Shown: in pieces, positions 35,342 to 44,230 of the stretch
Position numbering within the stretch: the stretch's first letter is position 1
Layout of the letters: each line of letters opens with the position of its first letter
Virus record (IMG/VR): IMGVR_UViG_3300037834_000041
Coordinates: 1,609-65,608 of that record
Direction: 5' to 3' (one strand)
DNA: 64,000 nt
Source: a virus
Notes under the pieces: model-generated
Database searches by the model: none
What the model was told of the DNA's origin: nothing
What the model saw: only the letters and a program-made list of their open reading frames with translations
Position numbers and translations under genes: made by a program

Positions 35342-36182
35342 CACCGCCCCGAAAATCAAATGCCTATCGCCCTGGGCCGGGTCGAAGCGGCAGCTCGCCC
35401 CGCGAATCGTCGAGCTGCTCGGCCCGCACACCGGCTACTTCGAGCCGTTCTTCGGCGGCGGGGCGGTGCTGTTCGCGAAGGAGCCTTGCCGGTTCGAGGT
35501 GGTGAACGACCTGAACGGCGACCTGACGAACCTCTGCTGGGTCTTGCAGGATGCCAAGCTGAAACGCCGGCTGCTGGCCCGGCTGCACGACACGATCTGT
35601 TCCGAGCGGCTGTACCACGCGGCACGCGATGAGTTCCTGAAGCCGTTCGCGGCGGATGAGTCGAAGCCGGACCTGCGGCGGTCGTACCTCGCGCTCGTGG
35701 TGTGGTGGCTGGGGCGGAACGGCACGGCCGGGACGATGAAGTACAACACGAACTTCTGCGCGCGGTTCAGCACGAAGGGCGGGTCGGGCGGCGTGCGGTT
35801 CGCCTCGGTTCTGGAATCCCTGCCCTGGCTGATGGACCGGATGCGGCGGGTGGACGTGTTGAACCGCGACGCCTTCGAGGTGATCGACAACATCCAGGAC
35901 CAGGCCGGGACCGCGATCTACGTGGACCCGCCCTACGTGAAGAAGTCGTTCAAGTATGAACACGACTTCGCCCCGGCCGATCACGAACGCCTCGCGGCGG
36001 CGCTCGCCCGGTTCAAGCAGGCCCGCGTGGTCGTGAGCTACTATCCCGACCCGATGCTGGACGCGCTGTACCACTCGGCCCGGTGGGAGTGCCTCGCGCC
36101 GCAGGTGCAGAAGAACATGACCAACACGGGCCGTAGCCCGATCACCGCGCAAACCGAATTACTGTTCCGAAATCTGGTGTGA
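35334..36182 (+). CDS. dam: DNA adenine methyltransferase (D12/Dam class)
   Basis: WAGSKRQLA, YFEPFFGGGAV, EVVNDLNGDL, IYVDPPY. Confidence 0.92.
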   Translation: MNDTAPKIKCLSPWAGSKRQLAPRIVELLGPHTGYFEPFFGGGAVLFAKEPCRFEVVNDLNGDLTNLCWVLQDAKLKRRLLARLHDTICSERLYHAARDEFLKPFAADESKPDLRRSYLALVVWWLGRNGTAGTMKYNTNFCARFSTKGGSGGVRFASVLESLPWLMDRMRRVDVLNRDAFEVIDNIQDQAGTAIYVDPPYVKKSFKYEHDFAPADHERLAAALARFKQARVVVSYYPDPMLDALYHSARWECLAPQVQKNMTNTGRSPITAQTELLFRNLV

Positions 36183-36185
36183 GCC

Positions 36186-36451
36186 ATGCCCGTCACGATC
36201 ATGTTGAAAGACCTCGTGTCCGTCCCCGGCTGCGAGAAGTTCTTCCCGGAGAAGTTCGCCGGGCTGGTGGCGGCCGTCGAGGAGTTGCCGAACGACACCA
36301 ACCGCATCAAGGTTCTCCGCGACTGGTGCGAGGAGAGCGGCGAGGACGAACTGGCCGTGGCGTGCAAGTGGCTGGCGAATCGGCCGGAACTGTATGTCAC
36401 AGTTTTCTGGAAGAGATTCGACGGCCCGCCTGCCTGGAGGGTGGAAAAATC
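36186..36451 (+). pseudogene. 5' part of a 123-aa gene (TIGR02996-like domain) interrupted by the ISL3 element
   Basis: LPNDTNRIKVLRDWCEESGEDELA; joins in frame to 38938-39043 when the IS and one TSD copy are removed. Confidence 0.75.
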
Positions 36452-36499
36452 GGCTATCCGGAAACGACTGTGGGGTAAATCGCCGTGATTGACCGCACC

Positions 36500-36566
36500 G
36501 AAACCGGAATTCGCTGTGGATGTCCGGTCTGTTCTGCCGTATACTACCACAGTGGTTTCCGGTTTC
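36500..36566 (+). promoter_or_regulatory. IS-internal promoter (-10 TATACT at 36540-36545) bracketed by an inverted repeat resembling the IR
   Basis: GAAACCGGAATTCGCTGTGG (36500-36519) is inverted against CCACAGTGGTTTCCGGTTTC (36547-36566). Confidence 0.55.
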
Positions 36567-36584
36567 TTCTCGGAGTGCTACGGG

Positions 36585-36854
36585 ATGAAGACGACGACCG
36601 TTCACCGCACGACCATCGTGGGCAAGTGCCCCCACGGGTGCCCGGACGTGTACGAGGCCGAGTTCCACATCGAGAACCGGGTCGTCACGGTGGAGTCCAT
36701 CCAAGCGGAGATCGACCGGGCGACAGAGGCCCCGATCTACCAAGAGTCGCTGACGCAAACGCTCGCCGACCGGATCGGGTGCCCGGTGGTCACGAGCGGG
36801 GCACACGGACGGTTCATGACGGAGTGCCGGGCGGTCCCCCAGACCGAGGGCTGA
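36585..36854 (+). CDS. Short QueF-like (T-fold) protein, IS passenger (89 aa)
   Basis: GKCPHGCPDVY...TVESIQAEI...IYQESLTQTLA...TSGAHG resembles QueF CPxTGxPD/E/H motifs. Confidence 0.55.
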   Translation: MKTTTVHRTTIVGKCPHGCPDVYEAEFHIENRVVTVESIQAEIDRATEAPIYQESLTQTLADRIGCPVVTSGAHGRFMTECRAVPQTEG

Positions 36855-36857
36855 GCC

Positions 36858-37550
36858 GTGTTGGTCTACCTCGCCAGTCCGAACACGCAGCAGCAGGCCG
36901 AGCACGTCGCCGGGATGCCGGTGTTGCTCTCCTACGCCTGCTACTCGGACTGGCTGGGCAAGGGCTACCAGCAGTCGTTTGACCGCATCCTGATCGACAG
37001 CGGGGCGTTCAGCGAGTTCAGCAGCGGCAAGAAGATCGACCTGACCGCCTACGCCGAGTGGGCCGAGCGATGGGACGGTCACGCCGACGCTGTGGCCGGC
37101 CTCGACGACATCGCCGGGGACTGGCGGCGGTCCCTCCGCAACTACGAGGCGTTCCCGCTGGGGTTCCCCACCTTCCACGAGAGCGACCCGCCGGAACTGC
37201 TGGACGACCTCGTGGCGATCGCCAAAGAGCGAACTCGCTGGATCGGGTTGGGACTGCTGCCGCCGAGGGCCGGCAAGGAGCGGTGGGTGCGCGCCGCCTT
37301 GGACCGGATACCAGACGGGCTGCACGTCCACGGCTGGGCCATGCGGGGGTACACCCACTGTCGGCGGCTGGACAGCGTGGACTCTACGAACTGGTGGCGG
37401 GACGCCATGAAGCTTCGCACAATAGCCGACCTGTCGCACCTGACGTTCGGCGAGTGCCTCGCCATCGTGGTGAAGCGGTATCAGCGGTGGACACGGAACA
37501 TCACCGAGCCGGCGAAGGAACCGTTGTCCCTGTTCGACCTTGCGGAGTAG
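36858..37550 (+). CDS. tRNA-guanine transglycosylase (TGT)/DpdA-like protein, IS passenger (230 aa)
   Basis: ILIDSGAFS, AGLDDI, PTFH, HVHGW, DSVDSTNW. Confidence 0.75.
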   Translation: MLVYLASPNTQQQAEHVAGMPVLLSYACYSDWLGKGYQQSFDRILIDSGAFSEFSSGKKIDLTAYAEWAERWDGHADAVAGLDDIAGDWRRSLRNYEAFPLGFPTFHESDPPELLDDLVAIAKERTRWIGLGLLPPRAGKERWVRAALDRIPDGLHVHGWAMRGYTHCRRLDSVDSTNWWRDAMKLRTIADLSHLTFGECLAIVVKRYQRWTRNITEPAKEPLSLFDLAE

Positions 37551-37553
37551 GCC

Positions 37554-38876
37554 GTGAGCTTCCTGAACCTCCCGAACTGGGATGTCGTGGAGGTGAAGGA
37601 GTCGCCCACCGACTACCACGTCACGGCCACCATCGGCCTCGAACCGAAGGGGTGCCCGCACTGCCGCACGCTGTTCGAGAAGCTGCACCGCCACGGGACT
37701 TACGGGCAGGACATTGCCGACCTGCCGAGCCACGGCAAGCGGGTGACGATCCACTTGAAGCGGAAGCGATACCGCTGCCAGAACTGCGGCAAGACGCTCC
37801 TGCAACCTCTCCTGTACGTGGACGAGCGGAGGCAGATGACCTCCCGGCTGGCTCTCTGGGTCGGGGAGCAGAGCATCGCCCGCACCTTCGCCAGCGTGGC
37901 TCAGGACGCCGGCTTGGACGAGAAGATGGTGCGGCTGCTGTTCGACCAGCGGGTGAAGCACTTGGAGGAGACGACCCGGTTCATCACCCCGGAGTGGCTG
38001 GGGATCGACGAGCTTCACCTGCTCGGCAAGGCCCGGTGCGTGCTGACCAACCCGGCGGAACGGACGATCATCGGCGTGCTGGAAGACCGCACCAAGAAGA
38101 CGGTGCTGGCCCACTTCGAGCAGATGCCCGACCGGGAGAAGGTGAAGGTCGTGACGATGGACATGGCCCGCACCTACGCCGACGTGGTGCGGGCGACCAT
38201 CCCCCACGCCGCCGTGGTCGTGGACAAGTTCCATGTCGTTCGCATGGCGTCGGTTGCGATGGAGACCATCCGCAAGTCGCAGCGGGGTCAGTTGGAGGCC
38301 AAGTTCCGCCGCAAGCTGATGCACGACCGCTTCATCCTCCTGAGCCGGCCCCACGACCTTCGGGACGACCAGAAGGCCACGATGGAGAGTTGGTTCGCCC
38401 AGTTCCCGGTGTTGGCCGAGGCGTACCGGCTCAAAGAAGCCTTCTACCGCATCTACGACGAACCTGACCGGGACAGCGCCTTCAAGGCTTACGTCGAGTG
38501 GGAGACGAGCATCAAGGGCACCGAACTGATCTCGGCCTTCAAGTCGCTGCTGACCGCCATGAGGAACTGGCAGACCGAGGTGTTCGCCTATTGGGAGTAC
38601 CCCGTGACCAACGCCATCACCGAGACGCTGAACGGCATCGCCAAAGTCATCGCCCGCAATGGTCGGGGGTACAGCTTCAAGGCCATCCGGGCCAAGATGC
38701 TGTTCACCCCGACGCTGCACAAGTTGCCGCCGACGCCCCGCCAGTCGGGCAAGCGGGGGAGCCTGCTGCCGGCGTACATACCCCCGGAACCCGTCCTCGG
38801 AACCGACGTGGATGCGCTGCTCGCCGGCCTGTTGGAAGACGCTGGCCGGCGGGAGCGGCCCACAGGCCGGCGATAG
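37554..38876 (+). CDS. ISL3-family transposase
   Basis: CPHC zinc finger, KRYRCQNCGK, LGIDE, VVTMDM, VVVDKFHVV, TNAITETLNGIAK. Confidence 0.93.
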   Translation: MSFLNLPNWDVVEVKESPTDYHVTATIGLEPKGCPHCRTLFEKLHRHGTYGQDIADLPSHGKRVTIHLKRKRYRCQNCGKTLLQPLLYVDERRQMTSRLALWVGEQSIARTFASVAQDAGLDEKMVRLLFDQRVKHLEETTRFITPEWLGIDELHLLGKARCVLTNPAERTIIGVLEDRTKKTVLAHFEQMPDREKVKVVTMDMARTYADVVRATIPHAAVVVDKFHVVRMASVAMETIRKSQRGQLEAKFRRKLMHDRFILLSRPHDLRDDQKATMESWFAQFPVLAEAYRLKEAFYRIYDEPDRDSAFKAYVEWETSIKGTELISAFKSLLTAMRNWQTEVFAYWEYPVTNAITETLNGIAKVIARNGRGYSFKAIRAKMLFTPTLHKLPPTPRQSGKRGSLLPAYIPPEPVLGTDVDALLAGLLEDAGRRERPTGRR

Positions 38877-38937
38877 TCGAACGGTGCTACTCGTCATCCT
38901 TGGTTTCCAACAGCGGTTTCCGGATAGCCGAAAAATC

Positions 38938-39043
38938 TGACAAAGCGTTTGGGATACAATGTGGCCCAGAACTAACCGGGTTCGCCGGCCTGCTCGGGCG
39001 GATCGCCGACCGCATCCAGGAACTGAAGGCGCTGACGGAGTGA
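38938..39043 (+). pseudogene. 3' part of the IS-interrupted gene
   Basis: Continues ...RVEKS-DKAFGIQCGPELTGFAGLLGRIADRIQELKALTE*. Confidence 0.7.
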
Positions 39044-39088
39044 AGAGAGTACAATTTAGACGGCACTGCTGCCACGGGAGAATCAACA

Positions 39089-39325
39089 ATGGAGCGCCTA
39101 ACGCAATCCTTCACAGCCACCGACGCCGCGGGGAACGAACACCGACTGCACGTATACACGGAGTTTCTTCGATCTCAGGAGTTAAGTGGGGAAACCTTTG
39201 AACATGAAGGATTGAAATCCATCCGCACGCCGTCGGGCGGACACGTCAACCGCCTCAGCAAGGGAAAGTATCTGTGCTTCAAAACGCAAACCGAACTCAC
39301 ATCTAACGACCCAGCAGCCCCGTAG
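39089..39325 (+). CDS. Hypothetical protein (78 aa), lower GC
   Basis: GGAG RBS; compact beta-rich composition. Confidence 0.55.
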   Translation: MERLTQSFTATDAAGNEHRLHVYTEFLRSQELSGETFEHEGLKSIRTPSGGHVNRLSKGKYLCFKTQTELTSNDPAAP

Positions 39326-39331
39326 CAACCC

Positions 39332-39793
39332 ATGCCCGACGAACCGCGCCGCCTCCATCGCCCCCGCGCCCCCCGCAACCGCGGCACGACCACGGAGCGG
39401 GGCTACGGGTCCGTCTGGCAGCGGTTCCGCAAGGCATGGTTCGCGCAGGAACCCCGCTTGTGCGCCGAGTGTGCCAGGCGGGGCCGGATCGTCCCCGCGA
39501 CGGTGGCCGACCACGTCCGCCCGCACAAGGGCGACCCGGCGTTGTTCTGGGACCGGGAGAATCTCCAGGGCTTGTGCGCGTCCTGCCACAGCGTGAAGAC
39601 GGCAAACGAAGACGGGGGCTTCGGCCGTCCCGTCCAGGAACAGCCGACGCCCCCGCCCCCGTGCGGCATTTCCGATTTATTTCTCCGGCTTCGGAACCAA
39701 AGCCTCGATCAGAACGGCCCCCAGGTACAGCACCCCGGCCAGGACGAGACCGGCCAGGGCGAGCAGCCCGACGACTACAGCGACTATTATTGA
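39332..39793 (+). CDS. Packaging-associated HNH endonuclease
   Basis: RGYGSVWQRFR, LCAEC, ATVADHVRPHKGD, NLQGLCASCHSVKT. Confidence 0.9.
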   Translation: MPDEPRRLHRPRAPRNRGTTTERGYGSVWQRFRKAWFAQEPRLCAECARRGRIVPATVADHVRPHKGDPALFWDRENLQGLCASCHSVKTANEDGGFGRPVQEQPTPPPPCGISDLFLRLRNQSLDQNGPQVQHPGQDETGQGEQPDDYSDYY

Positions 39794-39804
39794 CTCCCCG
39801 GATT

Positions 39805-40314
39805 TCATGTGAGATCCTCCGGGGGTTCGCAGGCCGAGGACAGTTCGGCGACTGCCGACCTGTACCACGCGGCGATGACCTCTTGAACCTGCCTCACCCG
39901 TTTTTCCGCCCCATTCTCATTCCACGGAACCCACTTCCAGATTGCCGGGCCGCACGGGTCGAACTCGCGGAACCAACGGAACATTTCCTGCCGCGAATCG
40001 AACAACTCCGCGAAAGTCTGCTGCGGCTCGTTCGGATAGACAGAGTTGAACAGGATGACGCCGAGGTGTTTCGGTGGCATCGTTGCCGGCGTGTAAACCC
40101 TCAGAACGAAATACCTTTTGAACGCCGGACCCGCCTTCTTACCGGCGGGCACGTCATCGGGTGGCAAGCTAGTTGCCTCGGCGACGAGTGAACCCATGAA
40201 CCGCATCGGGCGTTTGCCCGTGGGCGTGACGACATGAATACCGGACACGGTAGAACCCTCCGCCCGGAACGCGCCGGGTCCGCCGGCGGGATCGGCTCGC
40301 CGTCCGTGTCGCAC
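39805..40314 (-). CDS. Hypothetical protein (moron-like)
   Basis: Antisense to the phage operon; lower GC. Confidence 0.5.
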   Translation of the reverse strand: MRHGRRADPAGGPGAFRAEGSTVSGIHVVTPTGKRPMRFMGSLVAEATSLPPDDVPAGKKAGPAFKRYFVLRVYTPATMPPKHLGVILFNSVYPNEPQQTFAELFDSRQEMFRWFREFDPCGPAIWKWVPWNENGAEKRVRQVQEVIAAWYRSAVAELSSACEPPEDLT

Positions 40315-40371
40315 TAGCGACGAAGCCCCGTGCCGGACGCGAACCCGGCGTGACGCTGGCGGGGCGGGTAG

Positions 40372-40983
40372 TCACATGCTTGCTATCACCCGCAGCAGCG
40401 TCTCCCGATTGGAATAGGGCAACTCCGCGTACTGCCGGCACAACTCCCGGCGTTCGGCGAATTCCTCGGCGGAAATGTTCGCCTCGTTCTGCCGCAGGTA
40501 GTCGTTTTTCCTTGCGTCCTTAACCGCTTCTTCCCAGCACGGCCCGTAGCGGAGGACGTATACCCTGTCTCCAGACCGCCGATACCACGCGTATTGACCG
40601 AGTCCACGGTATTTGCCCCAGTGGTCGCCAAACGTCGGCGAGTCCGTCTCGGGGGCCAGCCACCAGTCAAAATTGGTTTCGTAGGCCACGGGCGCGAGCG
40701 ACAATTCCAGGGCGAACCGTTGTCGAGTCGTTGCGGCCTGAGCCAGAGTCGTTTCGTTGGCCGGCTCCAGCGAGGCTTCGCTTTCTGAGACGCTGACGAC
40801 GCGGACATATCGGACGTAACCAACTTCGCCACCGAAATCGTCCGTATCCTCTCGCTCCTCGCGAGACACGTACCTCGTTCGCTCGGCAATTATCTTGCGG
40901 CACTGGGTCCGACCGAACTCGTCAACGACGACACGGACGGTGCCGACCGGGTCGTTAGATTCGGACCAGAATTCAGGTTGCAT
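40372..40983 (-). CDS. Hypothetical protein (203 aa, moron-like)
   Basis: GGGAG RBS on the minus strand; lower GC. Confidence 0.6.
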   Translation of the reverse strand: MQPEFWSESNDPVGTVRVVVDEFGRTQCRKIIAERTRYVSREEREDTDDFGGEVGYVRYVRVVSVSESEASLEPANETTLAQAATTRQRFALELSLAPVAYETNFDWWLAPETDSPTFGDHWGKYRGLGQYAWYRRSGDRVYVLRYGPCWEEAVKDARKNDYLRQNEANISAEEFAERRELCRQYAELPYSNRETLLRVIASM

Positions 40984-41170
40984 GACTATCTCTCCCGTGT
41001 GGTGTCACCTGTGCTTGTCGGCCGGGCGGCGTGTGTGACAGGTTCCGCGCCCGGCGGCCGAGAATTTCCCGGCAGTGTACCGCGCCGCACGCGCGGCGCG
41101 AAGGATCGACGTTTCCGAAATCAGTTCAGCGGCATCACGAGATAACGGGACACGGAGAACTCGCCCCGCA

Positions 41171-41509
41171 TCACGAGTGGGTGGCCGTCTGGTAAGCCAC
41201 TTGCTTGACCTCGTCCGCCGCGCCGTTCACGACGGATTCGAACCGGCGGGACGCCTTGTCCGCGCCCGTCTGCCGGCCGCCCAGCTTCCCGTGGTCGGCC
41301 GATTCCGTCACGGCGTTCAAAGCTGCCCACGCCGTTCGTCGGCGCGTCGTACCGGGACAGAACGTCTTCCATCAGCGCCGCCCGTTTGTCGATTTCGCGT
41401 TGCACGCGGGCGCGTTCCATGCGGGACCCGTCCGCCAACGGCCGGCGTTCCGCACGCCGGAAGCGGTCCCGTCGTGGTTGCCCCACGGGACCACGGGGCG
41501 AACGGTCAC
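41171..41509 (-). pseudogene. Heavily deleted, frameshifted DUF932/DUF945-like gene remnant
   Basis: Three frames give WGNHDGT, EIDKRAALMEDVLSRY and AWAALNAVTESADH...RRFESVVNGAADEVKQVAY*. Confidence 0.5.
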
Positions 41510-41745
41510 TCCGCGGCGAGCAACTCGCCCACGCCGTCCGGCGTCAGGCCGGCCGCGGCCAGACCGTCGTCCGTCACCCGGTCCACCAGCCACAGCGCGG
41601 CCGCCGTGTGCGCGGCCGCCAGCTCCCGCAGGTACTCGGCCGCCGCGTCGTGCCCGGCCCGGCGCTCAGCCCGCGCGTCGGCGGTCAGGGCACGGGCGGA
41701 CCGGAGCAGGCGGACGGCACAGCGGGCGTTGGCGTAGGTCGTCAT
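41506..41745 (-). CDS. Hypothetical protein (79 aa)
   Basis: GAGG RBS on the minus strand; Ala-rich helical composition. Confidence 0.45.
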   Translation of the reverse strand: MTTYANARCAVRLLRSARALTADARAERRAGHDAAAEYLRELAAAHTAAALWLVDRVTDDGLAAAGLTPDGVGELLAAE

Positions 41746-41884
41746 CGGTAGCACCTCTGCCCACGCACCCGGCGGGGCCACGGCCGGCCCGCACCGCGGC
41801 CCGGTGCGTCCAGTGTAGGGACCAGGCTAGCCGCGTCAAGCCCCGGCTAGCCAGTTCTCATGAATCTCTCACAATTGGGCGCGT

Positions 41885-41990
41885 GTACACCAGGGGGGGG
41901 TTGCGACCCGGACGGCCCGAACCCCTGACCACACCGGGTGGCGTGCGTTTTTCGAGCAAAAAACAAAAACGGGCCATGTGTTATACTTAG
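41885..41990 (+). promoter_or_regulatory. Candidate cos/packaging-initiation region and late promoter
   Basis: G8 run at 41892, T and A tracts, extended -10 TG-T-TATACT at 41979-41987, immediately upstream of terS. Confidence 0.4.
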
Positions 41991-42019
41991 TACGACCATG
42001 CAAGGGGCGGGGGCTGTTC

Positions 42020-42370
42020 GTGCTGGACGAAGAAACGCCGTCGGTGTCCGAGTTCGGCGTTCACGGGCGTTATTTGTGGAACTTACTCAAGAGCCGGGGG
42101 AAGGAGTTCCTGACGGCGCTCGACGCCCCGTCGATGGAGATCGTCTGCCTGCTGTACGACAGGTTGCACGGGAAGATGAAGGCCGCCGAGCCGAAGGCGG
42201 ACATCGGGATCGGGATTATGATCGACAAGTGGTTGTTGATGTCGGCCAAGTTCGGCATGACGCCGGCCGACCGAAAGGCCCTCGGGGTTAAGGAGGGTAA
42301 GAAGCGGGCCGAGAAGCCCAAGACCAAGCTCGACGGACTGACGCCGGAGGACTTCGGGGCGAAGACGTGA
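42020..42370 (+). CDS. terS: Terminase small subunit (P27-like)
   Basis: C-terminal KFGMTPADRKAL motif; coupled to terL; start uncertain (41978 or 42020). Confidence 0.75.
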   Translation: MLDEETPSVSEFGVHGRYLWNLLKSRGKEFLTALDAPSMEIVCLLYDRLHGKMKAAEPKADIGIGIMIDKWLLMSAKFGMTPADRKALGVKEGKKRAEKPKTKLDGLTPEDFGAKT

Positions 42371-44043
42371 TCGCGTGCATCGACACGGACACCAAGAACT
42401 GGATCCTGGACGCCTCCGACGACAGAGCAGCCCGCGCCGGCTGCGTGATGGACCTGGAAGCCGCCGAGCGGGTCATCGACTGGATCGAAACGCACTGCCG
42501 GCTGTACGAGGGCGAGGGGGCGGGCGAGTTGATCCGGCTGCTGACGTACCAGAAGCTGTTCATCATCCGCCTGTTCGGGTGGCGGCGGTGGAACAAGCTG
42601 AGAAAACGGTGGGTCCGGCGGTTCCGGCAGGCCAGTTTGTGGGCCGCGAAGAAGAACGGGAAGTCGCCGTTCATGGCCGCGCTCGAGTTGTACGTGCTGA
42701 TCGGCGACGGGGAGCCGGGCCAGAAGGTCTACGCGGCGGCGAAGGACGGCGAGCAGGCCCGAATTTCCCAGCGGCACGCCGTGAAGATGGTGGAACAGTC
42801 CCCGGAACTGTCCGAGGACTGCAAAATCTACGCGAACACGCTGGAAATCCAGCATTTGCCGTCGGATTCGCGGATGACGGTCCTGTCCGCGGCCAGTTCG
42901 AGCAACCGGCAGTCGAAGGAAGGGTTAAATGGGTCCGTTTTCTGGGATGAATACCACGTTGTCTCTGAAGAACTTTATCGCCGTACTAGCCGGGCCGGGA
43001 TTTCGCGTGCCGAACCTCTCGACGTTTCAGTATCGACTGCTGGAGACGATCCTACTTGCGAGGGGAAGCGCCGGTTCGACTACGGCCGGCAGGTCGCGAG
43101 GGGCGAGCGGGACGACCTGTCCTTCCTCCACGTCGAATACTGCTGCCCGGACGAAATCACGGAAGAGGTTTTTGCCCAAGACCCTGTCAAGCACGGCCAA
43201 CAGGCGAACCCGGCGTGGAACGAGATCGTCGATCCGCAAGAGTACCTCGACGACTTTAACCGCAGCCGCGGCGAACCGGCGAGCTTTAGCGCGTTCCTCC
43301 AGTACCGCGGCAACCTGTGGGTCTCTTCCACTGCCCGTTGGCTCGACATCTTCGGGTGGGCGGAGGGCTGCCGGAAGTACACGCTCGATGATCTGCGTGG
43401 GCGAGATTGCTGGGGCGGCCTCGATCTGAGCCGGACGCGGGACATGACCGCGTTCGTGATGGTCTTCCCGTGGCCGGAGGACGGCCCGGAGTGCCTCCGG
43501 TTGTGGCCGATGTTCTGGCTCCCGGAGAAGACGGCGCGGAAGCGGGACCGGCTGTTCCCGTTCCTGACCTGGGCGAGCCGCGGCTTCCTGACGCTCACGG
43601 ACGGGTCGCGGGTGGACTACACGCGGGTCAAGAACGACATCCGGGAGGTCCGCCAAGTCGTGAACCTCCGCGGCCTGTACTACGATCCGGCGCTGGCCGA
43701 GGAACTGACGCAGAGCTTGGTCGAGGGCGAGTTGGCGAAGGACGGCAGCACGATCGCCGAGGGCCTCGGATGCGACCGGACGCTGTTCGAGCAGACCATT
43801 ACCGCCTTCACCGGCCCGTCGCAAGAATGGGACCGGCTCGTGCAGGACGGGTTGATCCAACACCCCGGCAACGCCGTGATGTCCTGGCAGGTCGGGCACG
43901 TCGAGGTGAAACGCGACGTGAACCAGAACGTCCGGCCGGTGAAGCCGGACCGGTGGTCCGGGAAGTCGGTGGACGGCGTGGTCGGCGGGATCATGGCGCT
44001 CCGCGGCGTGCTGGACAACCGGAACCACCAGTACGTGTACTGA
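42367..44043 (+). CDS. terL: Terminase large subunit
   Basis: LLTYQKLFI, Walker A AAKKNGKS, Walker B VFWDEYH, STAG, GGLDLS, YYDP, SVDGVVGGIMA. Confidence 0.93.
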   Translation: MIACIDTDTKNWILDASDDRAARAGCVMDLEAAERVIDWIETHCRLYEGEGAGELIRLLTYQKLFIIRLFGWRRWNKLRKRWVRRFRQASLWAAKKNGKSPFMAALELYVLIGDGEPGQKVYAAAKDGEQARISQRHAVKMVEQSPELSEDCKIYANTLEIQHLPSDSRMTVLSAASSSNRQSKEGLNGSVFWDEYHVVSEELYRRTSRAGISRAEPLDVSVSTAGDDPTCEGKRRFDYGRQVARGERDDLSFLHVEYCCPDEITEEVFAQDPVKHGQQANPAWNEIVDPQEYLDDFNRSRGEPASFSAFLQYRGNLWVSSTARWLDIFGWAEGCRKYTLDDLRGRDCWGGLDLSRTRDMTAFVMVFPWPEDGPECLRLWPMFWLPEKTARKRDRLFPFLTWASRGFLTLTDGSRVDYTRVKNDIREVRQVVNLRGLYYDPALAEELTQSLVEGELAKDGSTIAEGLGCDRTLFEQTITAFTGPSQEWDRLVQDGLIQHPGNAVMSWQVGHVEVKRDVNQNVRPVKPDRWSGKSVDGVVGGIMALRGVLDNRNHQYVY

Positions 44044-44050
44044 GGACCCC

Positions 44051-44230
44051 ATGACGCTGACGATCACGACCCGCGACGTTGGATTCTTCGGCGGCCTACT
44101 GGCGTTCGTCGCCGGGGCCTACGCGACGTTCGGGTTCGGCCCGCTCCTGATGATCGTGGGCGCGGCCGGGGCCGCGGCCGCGAAGTTCCTGGAGGTTGCC
44201 CCTTGTCGTTCGTCGAACGCATCGGCCTGA
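44051..44230 (+). CDS. Small membrane protein between terL and portal (59 aa)
   Basis: MTLTITTRDVGFFGGLLAFVAGAYATFGFGPLLMIVGAAG...; GAGG RBS. Confidence 0.55.
   Translation: MTLTITTRDVGFFGGLLAFVAGAYATFGFGPLLMIVGAAGAAAAKFLEVAPCRSSNASA

Larger units (their letters stand above)
36452..38929 (+). mobile_element. ISL3-family transporter IS carrying two passenger genes (2478 bp)
   Basis: Terminal IRs GGCTATCCGGAAAC (14/14 identical, partial similarity beyond); 8-bp TSD GAAAAATC at 36444-36451 and 38930-38937. Confidence 0.92.

Noticed and set aside
36489-36584. Longer N-terminus for the QueF-like ORF (start 36489)
   Set aside because: It runs through the IS promoter and inverted repeat; the GGAG RBS supports ATG 36585.
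37554-38876. Domesticated transposase without ends
   Set aside because: IRs and TSD were found 1.1 kb upstream and 53 bp downstream, so it is a complete element with passengers.
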